Source: the human T2T-CHM13v2.0 reference genome, Homo sapiens
Assembly: GCF_009914755.1 (NCBI RefSeq)
Contig: NC_060947.1
Length of the DNA stretch: 64,000 bases
Direction: 5' to 3' (one strand)
Shown: in pieces, positions 14,361-32,000 of the stretch
Position numbering within the stretch: the first letter of the stretch is position 1
How the letters are laid out: each line of letters opens with the position of its first letter
Program-made: the position numbers and the translations under genes
The notes under the pieces: model-generated
What the model was told of the DNA's origin: nothing
The model's database searches: none
What the model saw: only the letters and a program-made list of their open reading frames with translations

Positions 14361-15593
14361 GTAACATACAGGGGCAAATAGTATCCTGCCAGAATTCTGT
14401 CTCTGTTTTCTGTATTAATTTTTCAATTAAATTTTGGCTTGTTAGTTTCAGTATATTATTCCAGCCTGTCAAGGTTTTAACTTTGATTCTCTCTCATTCA
14501 TCTATTATAATAGGTAGCCTGCACAGGTTTCTACCATCTGCAAATTTGAGGTTTGAATTGCACTTTCTGTTTTTTTTTTTTGCAACAGAATTGAATTATA
14601 AACATTACTAAAAAGCCAAAATATACATAGATATTTACACATAAGGCCATGGATGATTTGTTTTTCGATATAATCATGAATTATTTTTATTCCGTATTTA
14701 TTATCTGACAAAATTATGTATTTAAAATCTAACAAATTGGGTTCATAATAGATTCCAAAAGTATTCAGGGATAAAGCTACCATGATGCCTTATTTCTGAA
14801 AGCTAAAAACATGTAGTATGTTTAAATTGTTCATACTTAAAACATTCTCATTGCATTGTTGAGTTATTTCCAGTATTTCTGTCATTTTTGTATTTGCTAG
14901 AGCACCTTAAAAGAGATAAAATTCAAATTGCTAGTGTTTAGTTTTGAAAATCCAATGATGCTCAAGTGGGACCTACTATGATGTGAATATATGAATATTT
15001 GGTATGCTTTTAGTTTTTCAATATTTATTTTGAAATAATGATAGATGCATAAAAAGTTCCAAAAATAATACAGAGGTTCTTGTATGCTTCTTCCAGCACC
15101 CTATAATGGTAATATCCTACGTAGTTAGGCTATAGTATCAAAATCAGGAAATTAACATTGGTGCAATATGATTAATTACACTATAAATTTATTTAGAATT
15201 AATCCATTTTTACATGCACTGATTTGTGGGGGGTGTGTGTGTGTGTGTAGTTCTATGTATTTTTTTCAAATTTATGGATTCACATAACCACCACAGCAAC
15301 CAAGACATAGAAGAATAACTCCATCACCACCAAGAAATTCCTTTGTGCTACCCCATTAGAGCTGCATCCTTCCCTATGTCCCTAAACACTGGAAACCATT
15401 AATCAGGTCTTCTTTTGTAAAATTTTGTGATTTCAAGAATGTTATATAAATATAATCACATAGTATGTAACATTTTGAGATTGACTTTATTTACTCAGCA
15501 TAATAATGTTCTTGGGACCCAGTCAAGTTGTGTATCAGTAATTTGTTCATTTTTATTGCTGAGTAATATTCCATGGTATGTATGTACAATACT

Positions 15594-15732
15594 TTTATTT
15601 ATTTGTTTTTTATTTAGAGACGGGGTCTTGCTATGTTGCCCAGGCTGGTCTTGAACTCCTGGCCTCAAGCAACCCTCTCACCATGGCCTCCCAAAGTGCT
15701 AGGATTACAGATGTGAGTTACCATGCCTGGCC
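15594..15732 (-). mobile_element. FLAM (left Alu monomer)
   Basis: agagacggggtcttgctatgttgcccaggctggtcttgaactcctggcctcaagc. Confidence 0.9.
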
Positions 15733-17113
15733 TACAACAACTTTAACCACTCACTCATCAAAAGATATCTGGGCTTTTCCTGTTTTTGACTATTACAAAT
15801 AATGCTGCTATAAACACTTCAGTGCAGGTTTTATGTGTGTACATGCATAGGTTTTTGTGCAGATGAATGCCCAAAAGTATCATTACCATGTCATATAAGT
15901 AATAGCAAATTTAATGTCATAAGAAAGTTCTAAATTGTTTTCCAGAATGACGTATTACTTTATATTCACACCAGCAATCCATGAGTGACCCAATTTCTTT
16001 GCATTCTTGCCAGCATTTGGTGTTGCCACTATTTTTAACTATAGCTATTCCAATAGGAGTCTAGTGATAGGTCAGTGTGGTATTTTATTTGTAATGGCTA
16101 ATGGTGTCCAACTTTTCATGTGCTTATTAGCCATCTGTATATATTCTTCACTGAATCTCTATTTATGTCTTTTTCTGATTTTCTAATTGAGTTTTTTACT
16201 GTTAAGTTTTGAAAGTTCTTTATGTAATCTGCATACAATTTTTTGATGTATGGTTTGCAAAATTTTCTCCAGAATTCTACTATTGTTGGTAGAATGTTCT
16301 AAGTGTCAATTAGACATGTCGATGGATTATGTTGTTCAGCTATTCTATGTATTTTTCTGAATAACTGTCTAGTAGTTCTGTCAGTTCCTCAGATGGGTAC
16401 GTTGAAGTCACCAAGTCTAATTGCTGATTTGCCTCTCCTTTCAGTTCTAGCAAAATTGCTTCTTGTATTTTTCTAGATCTGTTGTTTAGTATATACATTT
16501 AGGATTGCTAAGTTTTCTAGATATATTTGCCTTTTTACCATTACATAATGCCCTTTGTTCTTAATTTGTCACTGGTAATTTTCATGGCAATGAAGACTAC
16601 TTTTTATGAGATAATACATATATTTATATATATTTGCCTATATATATCCCAAACACATGTATATATAAATATGTATAAATATACATGTGTGAATACATTT
16701 ATATATATATCTAACTCTCTCTATATATATACTTGTATATACATAAAATCTATATACCTATATCTAGCTATTTATTCATGTGTGCAATAGTTTTTTTGAT
16801 TTTTTTTGGATGAGTGCTTGCATGGTATAACTTATTTTATCCTTTTAATTACCACCTTCTCATATTATATTTGTAGGGAGTTTTAAAAACCTACTCTTTT
16901 TTTAAATTGGCATATTGAGATAATTTACATGTAATATAAATAATATATATGTTAGAACTAAATCTGCCACTTTATTATTCGTTTCCTCTATTAATCATCT
17001 CCCTTTCCCCCCTTTCTAACCTTCCTGTGGGTTAGGTGGGGTTTTTTTTTAGAATTCTATTTTGTTTAATCTATGATTTCTGTAATGTTTTGCATACAGA
17101 CAATTTTATTGGC

Positions 17114-17272
17114 ATATATGTATGTATGTATATGTGTGTGTATATGTATGTATATATGTGTGTATGTATGTGTGTATGTATGTGTATATGTGTGTGTATG
17201 TATGCATGTATATGTATGTGTGTATATACATTGGCATATTTACACACATACATATACACACACATATATGTA

Positions 17273-17311
<39 letters not shown>
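17114..17311. repeat. (TATG/TG/TA)n compound microsatellite
   Basis: Direct reading; the source of the YVCM/HIYT-rich ORFs. Confidence 0.95.
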
Positions 17312-17313
<2 letters not shown>

Positions 17314-19515
17314 ATCAATGGACAGACATAGCTATATAGATGTAGATATCTATTTCAGCCTCTCTACCATTTCCCCATCTGACAATGTTATACTTTTTGC
17401 TTCAACAATCAAATAGAATTTTACACACTCAAAAGGAGAATAATCAGTTATATTTGCCCCTATTTTTATCTTTCCTGTTGTTCACTATTACTTTTTAATA
17501 TTCACTGTTTCCTTTTGTTATTTCTTGTCTGTTTGAAGATCTTACTTTATCCACTCTTTTAGGGATGGTCTGCTGCTGACAAAGTCTTAGTTTACATCCA
17601 CCTGAGGATGTCTTTATTTCACCTTTTGTCCTAAATATATTTTTATTGCATACAGAATTCGGCATTCACAATTATTTTTTGCACTTGAAAAATGTTGTGC
17701 TACTTCCTTCTGGACTGCATGGCTTCTGAATAGAAATATGCCATCATTCAATGTATTTTGTTCCTCTATAAGTTATGTGCCATTTCTCTCTATCTGTTAT
17801 AGAACATTTTGTTTATCTTCAGTTGCCAGAAATGTTAAGACAATGTGTTTTGGTGTTGATTTGTTTGAAATTTATCCTATTTGGAATTTGCTGAGTTGCA
17901 TTATTTTATAGGTTTTCACCTGGTTGCCAAAATTGGAAAAGCTTCTTTCTTTCTTTAATTATTTCTCAGGCCTATATTATTCTTTTCCCTTACCTTCTTG
18001 GACTCCAATGATACAAAATTCAGGTATTCTGCTGTTGACCCACAGGTCTCTAAGGCTCTGTTATTTTATTTATTTTTAGCCTATATTTTCTCTATTATTC
18101 AGAGTGGGTGTTTTCTTTTTAACTATCTTCAAATTCACTGATTCCTTCATTTGCTATCTCTAATCTGCTATTGAATGCTTCCTGTACATTTTTTTAGTTT
18201 CATGGTTATATATTTTGTATTTAAAATTTTCTTTTTAAACATATTTTTCTTTTTTAAAATTTTTGGTAAGATGTTCTATTATTTCCATTTGTTTCAAGAG
18301 TGTTTGTAATTTCTCCTTGGTTGTTTTTATACTAGTTGCTTTAAAATCCTTGCTAGATAATTACAACCTCTGTTTCAGACTCATGTTGATGCTTGTTGAT
18401 TTTCTTTTCTCATTCAAGTTGAGATTTTTCTGGTTTTTAGTATCTCTACATTTTGCATATTATGTTTTAAGACTCTTATTCCTACGGAAATAATCTATTT
18501 TAGGAGGCAGCTATTCAGTTTTGACTTAGCAAACAGATCTTAGCCTACTTTTGTGAGCTGTGATTAAATGACAACTTCAAATTTCAGAACTATTTCAGTG
18601 TTATTCTTGTCTGTTTCTTTTGTGCAGTACCCGGAGAGCAATCTGATTCTTGGAAAATTCTGAAGGTTTAAGGTTTTAGTTCTTAAACCTTCTGACATTT
18701 TGATATGGTCAGTTTCACATGAGACTTACTCAGGAGTTTGCACAGGACTTTATATTTGTTTTAAGAGTCCCTTTTTCTCATCTCTACCCTCTCTGTAATT
18801 CCTTTTCACCTCTCAAGTGTGGAGGGGCAGGAGCACCGCTTCATTTGTACTGGGAAGGAATGGGAGTCCATGTCCTCCAGTCAACCTCTGTTGACTCCAA
18901 ACCAGCAGTGGGAAGAGGGAGAGGCACCTCCTCGTTACTGCTATGCAGGGAGTAGATGTCTGAGCTCCCCACTCAATCTCTGCTGACACTGTATCAGCAG
19001 CAGCAAGTGAAGTGTCACTGCCTCATTACTGCTCTGTATGGATAAAATTCTAGGTTTCCCACTCAGTTTTTGTCAGTGAGGAGGGGGCACGGCTTCACTG
19101 CCGTTGGGGAGGGGATGAAAATTCATACTTCCTCCTCAGCCTCCAAAGACACTGTGTGGACAGCAGAGAGGGACAGGTCAGTGTTTTTCATCATGGTCTT
19201 CAGCTGAAGAAGGGTGATTATCGTAAAAATGATTTTTGCTCTCCTTTTTTGTCCCCCTTCTGGTCCTTAGGCTCGAGAGGGAGCTTTTTTTTTTTCTATA
19301 CTTGCTGCCTTTTCTAGATTGTGAGTTTTTCCAGCATCTTGTCTGGGATACATAGGAAGTAAGAAAAAAACCAAAACCCAGAAAACTTACTGCCTTGCCG
19401 TTCATCAAATGCCAAGATCTTTAGCCAAATTCCTCATCCTTTCCAACTTTTTGGAGGGTATTTCTATGGTTGCTTTATGTGTCATGTATAGGAGTTTTAG
19501 CTCTGTTTAATGTGA

Positions 19516-19836
<321 letters not shown>

Positions 19837-20249
19837 ATATCTATCTTTTTAAGAACTAAAGTCCAAACATTTTTTTTACAAACAAATTTATATTTGCTTT
19901 ATGATAACAGCTCACACACGTGAATATAGGGAAAGCTGTTAACAGTTGTGTTAGAATGGCAAGATTATTCCTCTTTTTTTTTAACCAATATTCTACCATG
20001 ATACTTATATTACTTCTATGAAGGAAACATTAAGTTTCTAATTAAATTTCTAAATGTGCTTATTGTGCTTTATGTTTCTCAGTTATTTAAATACTCTTTA
20101 GCTCAGGTTTACTTACTTACCTATCACCGTAAGTGCCAACGTCTCTATTTGCCAGATCACCGCTGACCTTTCTTTTGAGAAGGAAAAAATTTTAAAGAAG
20201 TAAAATACTCTATCTTTTGCTGAGCATAACACTCAAGGTTTGAACAGGA

Positions 20250-20755
20250 TCAAAAGGAGATATATATTTAAAAATTTATTGCCAGGAATTGGCTTACATG
20301 ATTGTGGAGGTTGTTTAGGCAAGTCTGAAATTTATAGTGCTGGCCATCAGGAAGGGCAGGCTAGAATGCTACAATAAGAACTACTGCTATACACAGAATT
20401 TATTCTTGTGTAGGGAAGCCTCAGCTCTGATTTTAATGCCTAGTAACCGATTGATTTAGCCTTACCCTGATTATCTCGGGTACTTTACTTTACTTAAAAT
20501 CTATTGATTATGAGCCTGGTGCAGTGGCAAACACCTGTAATCCCAGCTGCTGAGGAGGCCGAGGTGGGAGGATCACTTGAGGCCAGGAGTTCAAGACCAG
20601 CCTGGGCAACATAGTGAGACCCTGCCAAAAAAAGAAATCAAAAGATTATAGACTTAAATCACATCTACAAAATACTTTCATGACAATACCTAGACTAGTG
20701 TTTCAATAGCTGAGGACTTTAGCAAAGCCAAGTTGACATACTCAAAAACCCAATA
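20250..20755. mobile_element. MLT2 (ERVL) LTR relic with a FLAM inserted at about 20513-20634 (+)
   Basis: aggaattggcttacatgattgtggagg...ggcaagtctgaaat; agccaagttgacata. Confidence 0.7.
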
Positions 20756-21172
20756 CACTGGGTAATCTAATACAAGATTTTCTGTTATAGCTAATAAAAT
20801 ATTTCAAAACAAAATATAAAAATTACATCAGAGCATAGGTCATGTTCAAATGTGTACTAAAAAAAGTTATTTAAGCATTGTGATTGTACAAGATGGGGCA
20901 TGAATTGTATATAATTTATAGGTAACATATTATTATATGGATTTAAGATATGTTAAAAACAGCAAAATTATATTGTGAAAAATTACTACAAAATATTTCT
21001 GTGTAATAAATAAAATTGCCTTAGCTATCTTTTTATCAGATTTAATTAATATAAATGTATTACCTAACCTTTACAATGTAATATTTGTAAAAAATTAATT
21101 TTGAAGCAACAAAATGTGACATAATAAACATTCTGGAAATGTTTTTATAATAAAATAGAGTGAAAAATATAA

Positions 21173-21506
<334 letters not shown>

Positions 21507-21790
21507 GCTAATGTTTATTATAATGTTAATTATTACTAGAAAACATTATTAATCAATGCTATAGTAAGCCCATACTATATGCCAGTCACTCCAATAAATG
21601 TTTTTGATGCTCAAAGCAACTCCATTAAGTATTATTATCTTCCCCTTATTACAGATGAGGAAATTGAAAGTCCAGGAATTTAGCTCGTAGGGATTAAATC
21701 TAACACATAGGCAATGTAACAATTATCTCTATAATTAAGTTTAAATACATAGGAAGGAATTTTGGTGAATAGCTTTAAAATCTTTAGGTA

Positions 21791-22088
<298 letters not shown>

Positions 22089-22329
22089 TTCAGGTAGGGG
22101 AAATCCTTTTTAAAGATTGAAACTTTCCATAAATCATCAAGAAAAAGCCCATAACTGACAGTCTGCAAATTTAAAACTTTTAAAAAAAGTTTAAACGTAA
22201 AAAGCACTGCAAAAAACAATGTTTAAAGACAAGAAACACTGGAAGAAAATATTTTCGTTTTTCTTTCTATGTTACATATTTTTCTGCTGGTTATCAATTT
22301 ATTGACTCTCAGCTCCAAATGCAAAATTT

Positions 22330-23950
<1,621 letters not shown>

Positions 23951-24679
23951 AGGCATTTCATTGCGAAAGCTGTGGGCAAGAGCTAACAAGCCAGGTTTGA
24001 AAATGCATCACAGGCTGCAGACTTTATTTCAACCTGTAGTGCCCTTGAACATGTTCAGAGGTCAAAAATATCACTATATGGAATCAATTCCAGAAACCTG
24101 TCAGTGGATAAGAAAACCCTGAGAGTATCTCCTGAAGAAAAAAGAAATCTTTCCTCTGAAGAGTGAATGGAGTAGGAGCCATTAGAAGGACAGAGAAAAA
24201 TAGAAGGAAATAGGAGAGGAGGATGTTGGGGAAACACATGTAGGAGGGTATTTACAAATGATAGAAAGGGCCAATGGTGTAAAATACTGCAGTAAGTTCC
24301 ATTAGTGAAAAGACTTAAAAGTGTCCACTGGATTTTCTCTTGGTGACGTTTGCAAGAGTGGTTTGAGTATAGTGGAGTAGAGAGTGGGATGGTAGATGAG
24401 GAGGTAGGAATACAGATTGCCTTAACTCATCTGCAATAAGTTACTTCCTTTGAGTTTGCCCTGTGTTTCCTTGACTGACAGTAATTGTGAAACAATATGT
24501 GTATTTCCTTACAGACAGGAATAAGGTCAGCATGCCTGACATCACCACAAACCTTAAATATAATTCTGGATGTTCTGACAGTGTAATGCAGTCATAAAAA
24601 AGGAAATGATAATGATGGTGATGATGATGGAGATGCATAAATTCTTGACATAAAGATAAACATTTGGTAAAATATCATT

Positions 24680-25700
24680 ATATGAGATTGAGAAACTGTT
24701 TACTTAGAAAACCTTGAAAAATAACTGATGATATACTAGAAATAATCAGAGAAGTTCAGTGAGGGAACCAGATGCCAGATGAAATGGAAATAAATAAAAT
24801 TAAGCTTTCTTTTAACGAGCAATAACAAATTAAAAATAATAATGAAAAATATTTCCCACTTACAATATATGTGCATATTAAAGATAAATATGTGGTAAAA
24901 TTTGCCATTTCTTGAGTGGAAAAACTCAATGGCTTAAATGTATCAGTTTTCTGAAAATTATATATTTAAGGTCATCCCAATTCAACATTACAAAACTTTT
25001 TATTTCTTAACACAGAAAAAAATTACTCAAGAGTATAGACAGTTGAATGGATGAAAAGAGTCGAGAAGTCAATGTAATTGATATCTTTGAGGTAGAACTT
25101 TCTGTAAAAAATAGTAAAGAGTAGTATAAAGTTGTTGTAGTTTAAAAGAAAAAAGAAAAACACCAGGATTTAAATGGACTGATAGATCAAGAGCACATAA
25201 TTAACTTAGCATATCACAAAAGAGTTATTTTATATCACTGTAGATACAGAATAGTATTCAATAAATAATGTCTATCAGGAAAAATTTAGGGAACAAATAC
25301 TGCTAGACTCCTACCTGAACTCCTCCGTAAGAATAAATTTAAATGATTCTTTCCATTATAAATGTCTGTGAATATGCTTTTCCCCCAAGCTCCAAAAAAT
25401 TAGTCATAATAAAAACACACAGACGAGTATGAAACAAATGACAGTGAAAAGGTACTGACTGCAGCACTGGTATAACACTAAATAGTTGGAGATGACCTAA
25501 ATATTCAAAGAAGGGATTGGTAAAATAAATTAGGGTGTATCTATAAAACTGGATAATATAGAACCATTGAAATGAGGATTTATATATGTGTATAAGACAA
25601 AGATGATCACTATTTGTTGCGTGAAAAATTGTTTAAAATATTATTGGAATATGTATGCATTTTAGTAAAAATGTATATATTAATATATGTTTAGAAAAAT
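24680..25700 (+). mobile_element. Very old L1 (L1ME-like) ORF2/3' relic
   Basis: ttacttagaaaaccttgaaaa...actagaaataatcagagaagttcag; ctagactcctacc. Confidence 0.55.
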
Positions 25701-25914
25701 TTAACTATGCTGACAGTGATATATTCATGTATAATATATAATGCCTATGATATTTATTTGCTATCTTCATTATATTTTTTCTGACATAATTTTGCATTCA
25801 TATGAAGTAGCAAATCTATTTCATAATTGACAGTAATATATTGATGGCAACCATTTTTGTGTATTAACAGAAGCTGCCTTTTAGATTATTTGTAATGAAA
25901 ATAGAAATAATCGT

Positions 25915-26390
25915 ATAAGCTAGGTATTACTGCATAATGGCTTAAAATAACAATCAATTGTTGTTTACCATAGTTGTTATGAGTCCGAAATTGGAGAGGG
26001 CCTTGGATGGTTGCTTCTGGCTTTGGGTCTCCTATTAGGTCTCAGGACTGAAAGATCAGATTCCAAGGTAGATCATTTACATGGCTGGGAAGATAGTGCT
26101 GGCTTGTGGATCAAAGACCACAGTTCCTCTCCTCATGAGGAGAGCAGCCACGGGACTGCTTGCATGTCCTCAATATATACCTGCTGGCTTCTCCCACAGT
26201 TAGTGATTCAAGAGCACAAATTGGAAGCTGCAAAATCTTTTATGGCATATCCTTTCAAGTCACAAACTGTCGTTTTCATAGTATTTCATAGGTTGCAGGT
26301 TTGCCCCATTTTTTATTGGAGGGGATTACATAAGGGTGTGAATATCTGGAGGTGTGGATCAGTGAGGACTATTTTGAAGCCTAACACATA
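25915..26390. mobile_element. MLT1 (MaLR) LTR relic
   Basis: aatggcttaaaataacaatc...acataagggtgtgaatatctggaggtgtggatc. Confidence 0.7.
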
Positions 26391-26878
26391 ATTATATTAA
26401 GAAAACATAAAAATAAAATAATAAATGTATAAAAAATTATAAGATGCAATAGAATATCTGTTATGTTAGCATAGCAAACTGATTGGTCTTATTCATCAGC
26501 TGAAATGATTGAAAGCGTTATTGCAGAGAAAATATTTTAAAACTAATATTAGGTAAACAAAGATGCACACAAAAATGCATATAGGGTATTAGCTACTATT
26601 TAAAGTGAACGGTGGATAAAGATTGAGGTAAAATGAAGAAATTCAAATGGTTATATTAGAGAGTAGGATTATGGGCAGATAAACATTTTTATTTATTTTC
26701 TTTAATATCGTACCACTTTTTTTTTTTAACAAGACGTATTTAAAACAGAGACAATGTCAGTATTATACAACATTTAAGTCATTATATATTCTGTTTGTCT
26801 ATAATTGAAATAATGGATGATTAATTCAAAACAGTATCAAAAATTAATAAAAACAACACAAAAGCCTACAAAGAAACC

Positions 26879-26935
26879 AAGAAAATTTATAAGAAATTTA
26901 TAAGAAAATTTATAAGAAATTTATAAGAAAATCTT
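26879..26935. repeat. 11/12-bp tandem repeat (AAGAAA[A]TTTAT) x about 4.5
   Basis: Direct reading. Confidence 0.9.
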
Positions 26936-27060
26936 ACAAACATCAAAGAGCAAACATAACCTAATGATAAATATGGATAAACCAATATTGAATATGCTTC
27001 TGTAAAAGTTGAGGGATTTTAAATTTGGACACATGAATACAAATGTTAGAAGGTAATATG

Positions 27061-27336
27061 ATCCCAGCACTTTGGGAGGCCGAGGTGGGCGGATCACGAG
27101 GTCAGGAGTTTGAGATCAGCCTGGCCAATATGGTGAAACCCCGTCTTTACTAAAAATAAAAAAATTAGCCGAGTGTAGTGGCGCACACCTGTAGTCCCAG
27201 CTACTCGGAGGCTGAGGCAGAAGACTCGCTTGAACCCGGGAGGCAGAGGTTGCAGTGAGTGAGCTGGGATCGCGCCACTGCACTCCAGCCTGGGTGACAG
27301 AGTGAGACTCTATCTCAAAAAAAAAAAAAAAAAAAA
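27061..27336 (+). mobile_element. 5'-truncated Alu (AluSg-like)
   Basis: Starts at atcccagcac; TSD AAGGTAATATGA at 27050-27061 and 27335-27346. Confidence 0.95.
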
Positions 27337-28089
27337 GGTAATATGAACTGTTTCCAAATTGTTATGGCACATTTATTTCTTCATTCAATAAACAATTATG
27401 GAGCACTGGTTTTTTGTGTGATCATTAAATGAGGTGTTTATTACATAAAGTTGGATAAGACACTGTCTTTATTCTCCAGGTACCCATAATCAAGTAGTGA
27501 AAGCAAATAATTGCGATATATTATGATAAATCTTATATTTAAAAGCCTGGTATAAATAAGGAAGTAATCTCCATAAAAAGAGAAAGAAGGGATCAGCAAA
27601 ATGATTTAAAAACTGAGTAGAGCTCTTATTTTCTATATACTATCAAAATGAATAACAAACCCAAGAACATTGGTGTTTTAAAAGATTAATTTTGTTCTAT
27701 TTTGTAACATAGTTTTCTGTACATATGTTAGCCTCTTTCAAGTTGCAAGACACATGCTCAATTTCCTTCCTGTAATAAGATTTGTTTTAAAGATAAACAG
27801 AGAAGGCAGGAACAGCAGCCACACAGCCAGGACTCATGTGCGATTGAATTGTCAATCAGAATGCAACAAAGCCTTAGCAATTCAGGTATCCTGTCCTTCT
27901 CTTAAGAAAAGCTACACCTTGCTGGCATATCCTGTAGATATGTAATACCAAGTTTGTTTTTTCAGTGTGTAACTCAAGGTTCCTGCTGTTCGTGACTTGT
28001 ACCATCCAATGGCTTCTCCACCATTAGCTGAATTTATCATCCACTCACTACTTCATACTCAGTGCCCTGCTGGGTAGCAGTCTAATGTC

Positions 28090-28425
28090 AGACCATATAA
28101 TGAAATACCACTCAGCAATAAAAAGGTATGAGCTACTAATCCATGTAGCAACATGGATGAATTGCAAATGAATTATGCCGAAATACACCACTCAAAAGGC
28201 TACATACTGCATAATTCCATTTATGTGAATTTAAAGATAAAACAATATTTTAGGGGCAGAAAGCAGACCAATGCTTGGGGTTGGTGATAAGGGGAGAGTA
28301 TGAGGTAATATTTTGGGGTGATAGAAGTGCTCTATATCTTGAGTGTGATGGTGGTCACATGACTATATGCATTTGTCAAAACTCATAAAACTGTACACCA
28401 GAAAGAGCAAATTTTATTGTATGTA

Positions 28426-28428
<3 letters not shown>
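28090..28428 (+). mobile_element. Old L1 (L1MB/ME) 3' end
   Basis: gcaacatggatgaattgcaa...atttgtcaaaactcataaaactgtacac. Confidence 0.75.
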
Positions 28429-28809
<381 letters not shown>

Positions 28810-29923
28810 TACTTTGTTTTTAAACAAGTAAATATAAAAACTAATTTACGGTTTTTATGCACGTAGCTTCAAGATCCAAAACAAACTTACAACAGAGTTA
28901 CCTGGGAATCACAGAAAGAAAAATGAAATTTAGATCTAGAAAACTTGCTGTCAATAACCCCTCATTTTATTTAAAAAATTCAGAAGTTGAGCCTTGATGG
29001 AAACAAAAATACTTGCAAAAGGGGGCAGAAAATATTTAGTCTTGATCCTTTGAGGCCCACATCAAAATATAAGGAGAAGATGACAGCTGCTAGGCACTTC
29101 CCAGAACCCACCATTTGATTATCTCAAGGGGCCAGAGAAATAAAAAAGAGAAATAAATTCTTGAAAAATGTCCAGGAATCTCTGAATTAGATTACAGGTG
29201 AATATGAGACCTCAAGGGAATATTCTATATATTGAGAGTAAACAGGTTATTCTTTCTAATATTCTTCCATTTTTCAGAAAGTTTAATCCCTGACAAATAG
29301 TTTATTTGAAATATGAGATAGTCAACCCACAAACTCCAACTTGAAATTTTCTCCCTCACTCTAAGCTTCTCAGAGAAGAATTAATAATTGAGGAATCGGG
29401 CAGTTTGAGTGGAGTCTATTACTTTGCCTTGATATTGGGGACAAAATGAAGGTTTCCCTTCTTTCCCTTTCTCTGACTCCTATGTGAAGACATCACAGGA
29501 ATAGGGAGAATATTTCTCAACTCTGGAAATTAAGTATCATTTAATTGACCCGCTTTTCTAATAACTGATTCAATTTTCTTATCTACATGCTATTTTTTTT
29601 AAATATAAACATAGTGTTAGATTACTTATTTTAAAAATAAGTTTGAAAAGATTAACTCTTCCTCCATAGTTCCTTGGTTAGAGACTAAAAGTAAGATGAG
29701 ATAAATAAGAAAGAATGACAAATATTTCAAGAGTTGGAAAAAAGAGAGTAATAGTACTATTTGGCCTCTAAGATCTTAACAGCAAACACTGATGGTTTTA
29801 GAGGTACATATACCTCATGCTGTGCTGTGTTAATAAATACAATTTTTAAATGAAATGAAAAGCTAAATAGTATAAAAGTTATACTTTCAACTCCAGTCAT
29901 GCATATTGTGTAACTGGGGCTGA

Positions 29924-30266
<343 letters not shown>

Positions 30267-30344
30267 CAATTCCTTCTTTTGTCATAGAATTTTTTTGGAA
30301 ATAGTTTGTTTTCATGACAGAATTATGAAAGCATAAAATATCAG

Positions 30345-30480
30345 AGCACTTGTTACTGGTTACTGAGCACTGGAAATATGGCTATTGTGATACAAGAGAT
30401 ACATATTTTATTTCATTTAATTTCAATTGATTTAAGCTTTAAATAGCCACATGTGGCTAGTGGCTACCTTATAAGGAAAC
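30345..30480. mobile_element. hAT-Charlie relic (MER3/MER33-like)
   Basis: tttaaatagccacatgtggctagtggctacc. Confidence 0.8.
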
Positions 30481-31139
30481 ATAATTCGATACACTGGCCA
30501 AGAAGACATGTGTATGGCACACAAGAAAAGGAGAGGTTTGAAGGACAAACAAATTAGTCCAGTCAAGGATGTCAAATATAACTGCAATTGTCTGCTAGCA
30601 CTTTTGATTATATTGAAACCTTATGCGGCATGGGAAAGGGTTACCACTAAAAATAAATCAGGGCCTTTACTGCTGATTTCACGTTTTCTTGCTACATAGG
30701 TCAACCAAGAGAGTACCAACTGGCTGGCTATTTACATTTCCACAAGAAAACAACAGACAACTTACAGCTGCCTATAAATATAGTGGAGGACACTTGAAAT
30801 GGGAAACCAGATAATCAATCTGCCTCACTGGCACAAATTTACTGAGCGAATTCTCGCCGGGTGTGCTGTCTATGCAGGATTTTATATATTCTTCACACTG
30901 TCTGGCTGAATTATATTCATATAAATGAAATAAATCTCCCTTTGAATCCACAACAAAAGTGGAATGGTTTAGAATTTTGAGCAAAGTGGTACACTCACCA
31001 TCAGGAATATTGTGCCCAAACACGAGATATTATGTTTTGTTATATTCTTAGACCTCATATACATTTTCCTCAGATATCCGAATGGTAACACTTTCAGGAG
31101 TAGAGGATGCTATATACATTTTATTTATTTGTATTTATT

Positions 31140-32000
31140 CAAAATTTTATTTAAATTCTGTATTAATATAATTGTGGATTCACATGCAGTTATAAGAAAT
31201 AATACAGAAATCTCTTGTGTAAAATTTTTCAAGCTTCCCTTAATGGTAACATTTTGCAAAACTATCATATAATATCATATCCAGGCTGTTAACATTTATA
31301 TAATACCCCTATATTATTCAGATTGCCAGTTTTACCAGTACGTGTGTGTGTGTGTCTGTGTATGTGTGTATTTAGTTCTATACAATTTTGACACCTTTAA
31401 AGTTTCATGTATCCTCAACCAAAGTCAAGATAACACTTCCGACACCACAAGGATACTTTATCCTGCTCTTTTCTAATCATACCCAGCTTGCTTCTGCCTT
31501 ACCCTATACTTAACTACTGACATGTCCTCCATTTCTAAAATGTTATCATTTTAAAGATTACAGAAAGGAATCATGCATTATGTCATCTTTTGGGAATAGA
31601 TTTTTTCTCACTCAACTATTGATACACCCAAGTTTCTGCATGTATCAGTAGTTAATTCCTCTTCATTACTGAGTAGTGTTCCATTGTATAGATATATGAC
31701 AGTTTGTTTAACAATTTACCGGTTGAAGAGCACTCAACTGTTTTCAGGTTTTATTATTATGAATAAAGCTGCAACGAATATTCAGTTTTGTGTGAACATA
31801 GTTTGCGTCTCTCTAGGATGAATGTGTGTGACTGCATTTGGTGGACTGTATGGTAGTTATATTTTTACTTTAATAAGAAAATGTAAAACTGCTTTCCAGA
31901 GTGGCTATAAATGTTACATTCCTACTAGAAATTTCTGAATGATCCAGTGGCTCCACATTCTCATCAGCATTTGATGTTATCCTTATTATTTATATTAGAA
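31140..32000 (-). mobile_element. Old L1 (L1MC/MD-like) 3' end
   Basis: aattgtggattcacatgcagttataagaaataatacaga. Confidence 0.75.

Noticed and set aside
17036-17416. Cluster of YVCM/HIYT ORFs
   Set aside because: Microsatellite artefact.
26879-26935. Short direct-repeat array as CRISPR-like
   Set aside because: No spacers; simple AT-rich slippage repeat in eukaryotic DNA.
30441-30460. Palindrome tagccacatgtggcta
   Set aside because: An intrinsic part of MER3-type elements.
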